From Eledone cirrhosa (Eukaryota): DNA of 64,000 nucleotides. Where the stretch lies: NCBI GenBank assembly GCA_964016885.1, contig OZ024740.1:144832001-144896000 (forward strand). Reading direction: 5' to 3'. The number at the start of each line of letters is the position of its first letter. The first letter of the stretch is position 1. Positions 61,101-64,000 of the stretch are shown piece by piece. Position numbers and translations under genes: made by a program. The notes beneath the pieces are model-generated. The model did no database searches. It worked only from the letters and a program-made list of their open reading frames with translations, and had not been told where the DNA came from.

Positions 61101-64000
61101 GTGGTTGTTCTATAGTGGTATGGTGGTGGTGGTGGTCGTAGTAGTGGCTGTGGTTGTTCTATAGTGGTATGGTGCTGGTGGTGGTCGTAGTAGTGGCTGT
61201 GGTTGTTCTATAGTGGTATGGTGCTGGTGGTGGTCGTAGTAGTGGCTGTGGTTGTTCTATAGTGGTATGGTGCTGGTGGTGGTCGTAGTAGTGGCTGTGG
61301 TTGTTCTATAGTGGTATGGTGGTGGTGGTGGGCGTAGTAGTGGCTGTGGTTGTTCTATAGTGGTATGGTGGTGGTCGTGGTCGTAGTAGTGGCTGTGGTT
61401 GTTCTATAGTGGTATGGTGCTGGTGGTGGTCGTAGTAGTGGCTGTGGTTGTTCTATAGTGGTATGGTGGTGGTGGTGGCCGTAGTAGTGGCTGTGGTTGT
61501 TCTATAGTGGTATGGTGGTGGTGGTGGTCGTAGTAGTGGCTGTGGTTGTTCTATAGTGGTATGGTGGTGGTGGTGGTCGTAGTAGTGGCTGTGGTTGTTC
61601 TATAGTGGTATGGTGGTGGTGGTGGTCGTAGTAGTGGCTGTGGTTGTTCTATAGTGGTATGGTGGTGGTGGTGGTCGTAGTAGTGGCTGTGGTTGTTCTA
61701 TAGTGGTATGGTGGTGGTGGTCGTAGTAGTGGCTGTGGTTGTTCTATAGTGGTGTGGTGGTGGTGGTGGCCATAGTAGTGGCTGTGGTTTTTCTATAGTG
61801 GTATGGTGGTGGTGGTGGTGGCCGTAGTAGTGGCTGTGGTTGTTCTATAGTGGTATGGTGGTGGTGGTGGTCGTAGTAGTGGCTGTGGTTGTTCTATAGT
61901 GGTATGGTGGTGGTGGTTGCCGTAGTAGTGGCTGTGGTTGTTCTATAGTGGTATGGTGGTGGTGGTTGCCGTAGTAGTGGCTGTGGTTGTTCTATAGTGG
62001 TATGGTGGTGATGGCCGTAGTAGTGGCTGTGGTTGTTCTATAGTGGTATGGTGGTGGTTGTCGTAGTAGTGGCTGTGGTTGTTCTATAGTGGTATGGTGG
62101 TGGTGGTGGTCGTAGTAGTGGCTGTGGTTGTTCTATAGTGGTATGGTGGTGGTGGTTGCCGTAGTAGTGGCTGTGGTTGTTCTATAGTGGTATGGTGGTG
62201 GTGGTCGTAGTAGTGGCTGTGATTGTTCTATAGTGGTATGGTGGTGGTCGTAGTAGTGGCTGTGGTTGTTCTATAGTGGTATGGTGGTGGTGGTGACCGT
62301 AGTAGTGGTTGTGGTTGTTCTATAGTGGTATGGTGGTGGTGGCCGTAGTAGTGGCTGTGGTTGTTCTATAGTGGTATGTTGGTGGTGGTCGTAGTAGTGG
62401 CTGTGGTTGTTCTATAGTGGTATGGTGGTGGTCGTAGTAGTGGCTGTGGTTGTTCTATAGTGGTATGGTGGTGGTGGTGACCGTAGTAGTGGTTGTGGTT
62501 GTTCTATAGTGGTATGGTGGTGGTGGCCGTAGTAGTGGCTGTGGTTGTTCTATAGTGGTATGGTGGTGGTGGTCGTAGTAGTGGCTGTAGTTGTTCTATA
62601 GTGGTATGGTGGTGGTGGTCGTAGTAGTGGCTGTGGTTGTTCTATAGTGGTATGGTTGTGGTGGCCGTAGTAGTGGCTGTGGTTGTTCTATAGTGGTATG
62701 GTGGTGGTGGCCGTAGTAGTGGCTGTGGTTGTTCTATAGTGGTATGGTGGTGGTGGGTGGTCGTAGTAGTGGCTGTGGTTGTTCTATAGTGGTATGGTGG
62801 TGGTGGTGGTCGTAGTAGTGGCTGTGTTTGTTCTATAGTGGTATGGTGGTGGTGGTGGTCGTAGTAGTGGCTGTGGTTGTTTTATAGTGGTATGGTGGTG
62901 GTGGTGGCCGTAGTAGTGGCTGTGGTTGTTCTATAGTGGTATGGTGGTGGTGGTGGTCGTATTAGTGGCTGTGGTTGTTCTATAGTGGTATGGTGGTGGT
63001 GGTGGCCGTAGTAGTGGCTGTGGTTGTTCTATAGTGGTATGGTGGTGGTGGTGGTCGTAGTAGTGGCTGTGGTAGTTCTATAGTGGTTTGGTGGTGGTGG
63101 TGGTGGCCGTAGTAGTGGCTGTGGTTGTTCTATAGTGGTATGGTGGTGGTCGTAGTAGTGGCTGTGGTTGTTCTATAGTGGTATGGTGGTGGTGGTGACC
63201 GTAGTAGTGGCTGTGGTTGTTCTATAGTGGTATGGTGGTGGTGGTGGCCGTAGTAGTGGCTGTGGTTGTTCTATAGTGGTATGGTGGTGGTGGTGGTCGT
63301 ATTAGTAGCTGTGGTTGTTCTATAGTGGTATGGTGGTGGTGGTGGCCGTAGTAGTGGCTGTGGTTGTTCTATAGTGGTATGGTGCTGGTGGTGGTCGTAG
63401 TAGTGGCTGTGGTAGTTCTATAGTGGTATGGTGGTGGTGGTGGCCGTAGTAGTGGCTGTGGTTGTTCTATAGTGGTATGGTGGTGGTGGTGGCCGTAGTA
63501 GTGGCTGTGGTTGTTCTATTGTGGTATGGTGGTGGTGGTGGCCGTAGTAGTGGCTGTCGTTGTTCTATAGTGGTATGGTGGTGGTGGTGGCCGTAGTAGT
63601 GGCTGTCGTTGTTCTATAGTGGTATGGTGGTGGTGGTGGTCGTAGTAGTGGCTGTGGTTGTTCTATAGTGGTATGGTGGTGGTGGTGGTCGTAGTAGTGG
63701 CTGTGGTTGTTCTATAGTGGTATGGTGGTGGTGGTCGTAGTAGTGGCTGTGGTTATTCTATAGTGGTATGGTGGTGGTGGTGGCCGTAGTAGTGGCTGTG
63801 GTTGTTCTATAGTGGTATGGTGGTGGTGGTGGTCGTAGTAGTGGCTGTGGTTGTTCTATAGTGGTATGGTGGTGGTGGTCGCCGTAGTAGTGGCTGTGGT
63901 TGTTCTATAATGGTATGGTGGTGGTGGTGGTCGTAGTAGTGGCTGTGGTTGTTCTATAGTGGTATGGTGGTGGTGGTGACCGTAGTAGTGGCTGTGGTTG
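22130..64000. repeat. Large tandem satellite array, 49-bp consensus unit (43/46/49/52/55-bp variants), about 850 copies, continues past the window end
   Basis: TTCTATAG recurs at 22501 and 22550 (period 49). Length variation is almost entirely in the (GGT)n count. No interrupting insertion was seen over about 42 kb. Confidence 0.98.

Noticed and set aside
22130-64000. CRISPR array
   Set aside because: There are no unique spacers and no cas genes, and the context is eukaryotic.
22130-64000. Giant mucin-like or Gly-rich coding exon
   Set aside because: Unit lengths are 1 mod 3, so every frame on both strands meets TAG within about three units. The ORF track shows nothing here.

Overview
Eukaryotic (animal) genomic DNA with no recognisable host gene. 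The repeat types suggest an octopod cephalopod; this is an inference from memory, not a database match. Bases 1-22.1 kb are AT-rich and packed with decayed transposons: RTE LINE fragments, an LTR retrotransposon relic, two R4/Dong-like restriction-endonuclease (REL) LINE copies, a Penelope-like relic, a non-autonomous Helitron and several tRNA-derived SINEs. One R4-like copy carries a nested CR1 LINE that itself carries a SINE. From about 22.13 kb to the window end (about 42 kb, roughly 850 units) lies one uninterrupted satellite with a 49-bp consensus, GTAGTAGTGGCTGTGGTTGTTCTATAGTGGTATGGTGGTGGTGGTGG(C/T)C. It is strongly G/T strand-biased, looks derived from an (NGT)n microsatellite, has no long ORF, and shows nested higher-order duplications (982, 1363, 2653, 3841 bp, about 7.4 kb and about 12.9 kb). 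All distances were counted by eye from marker variants.
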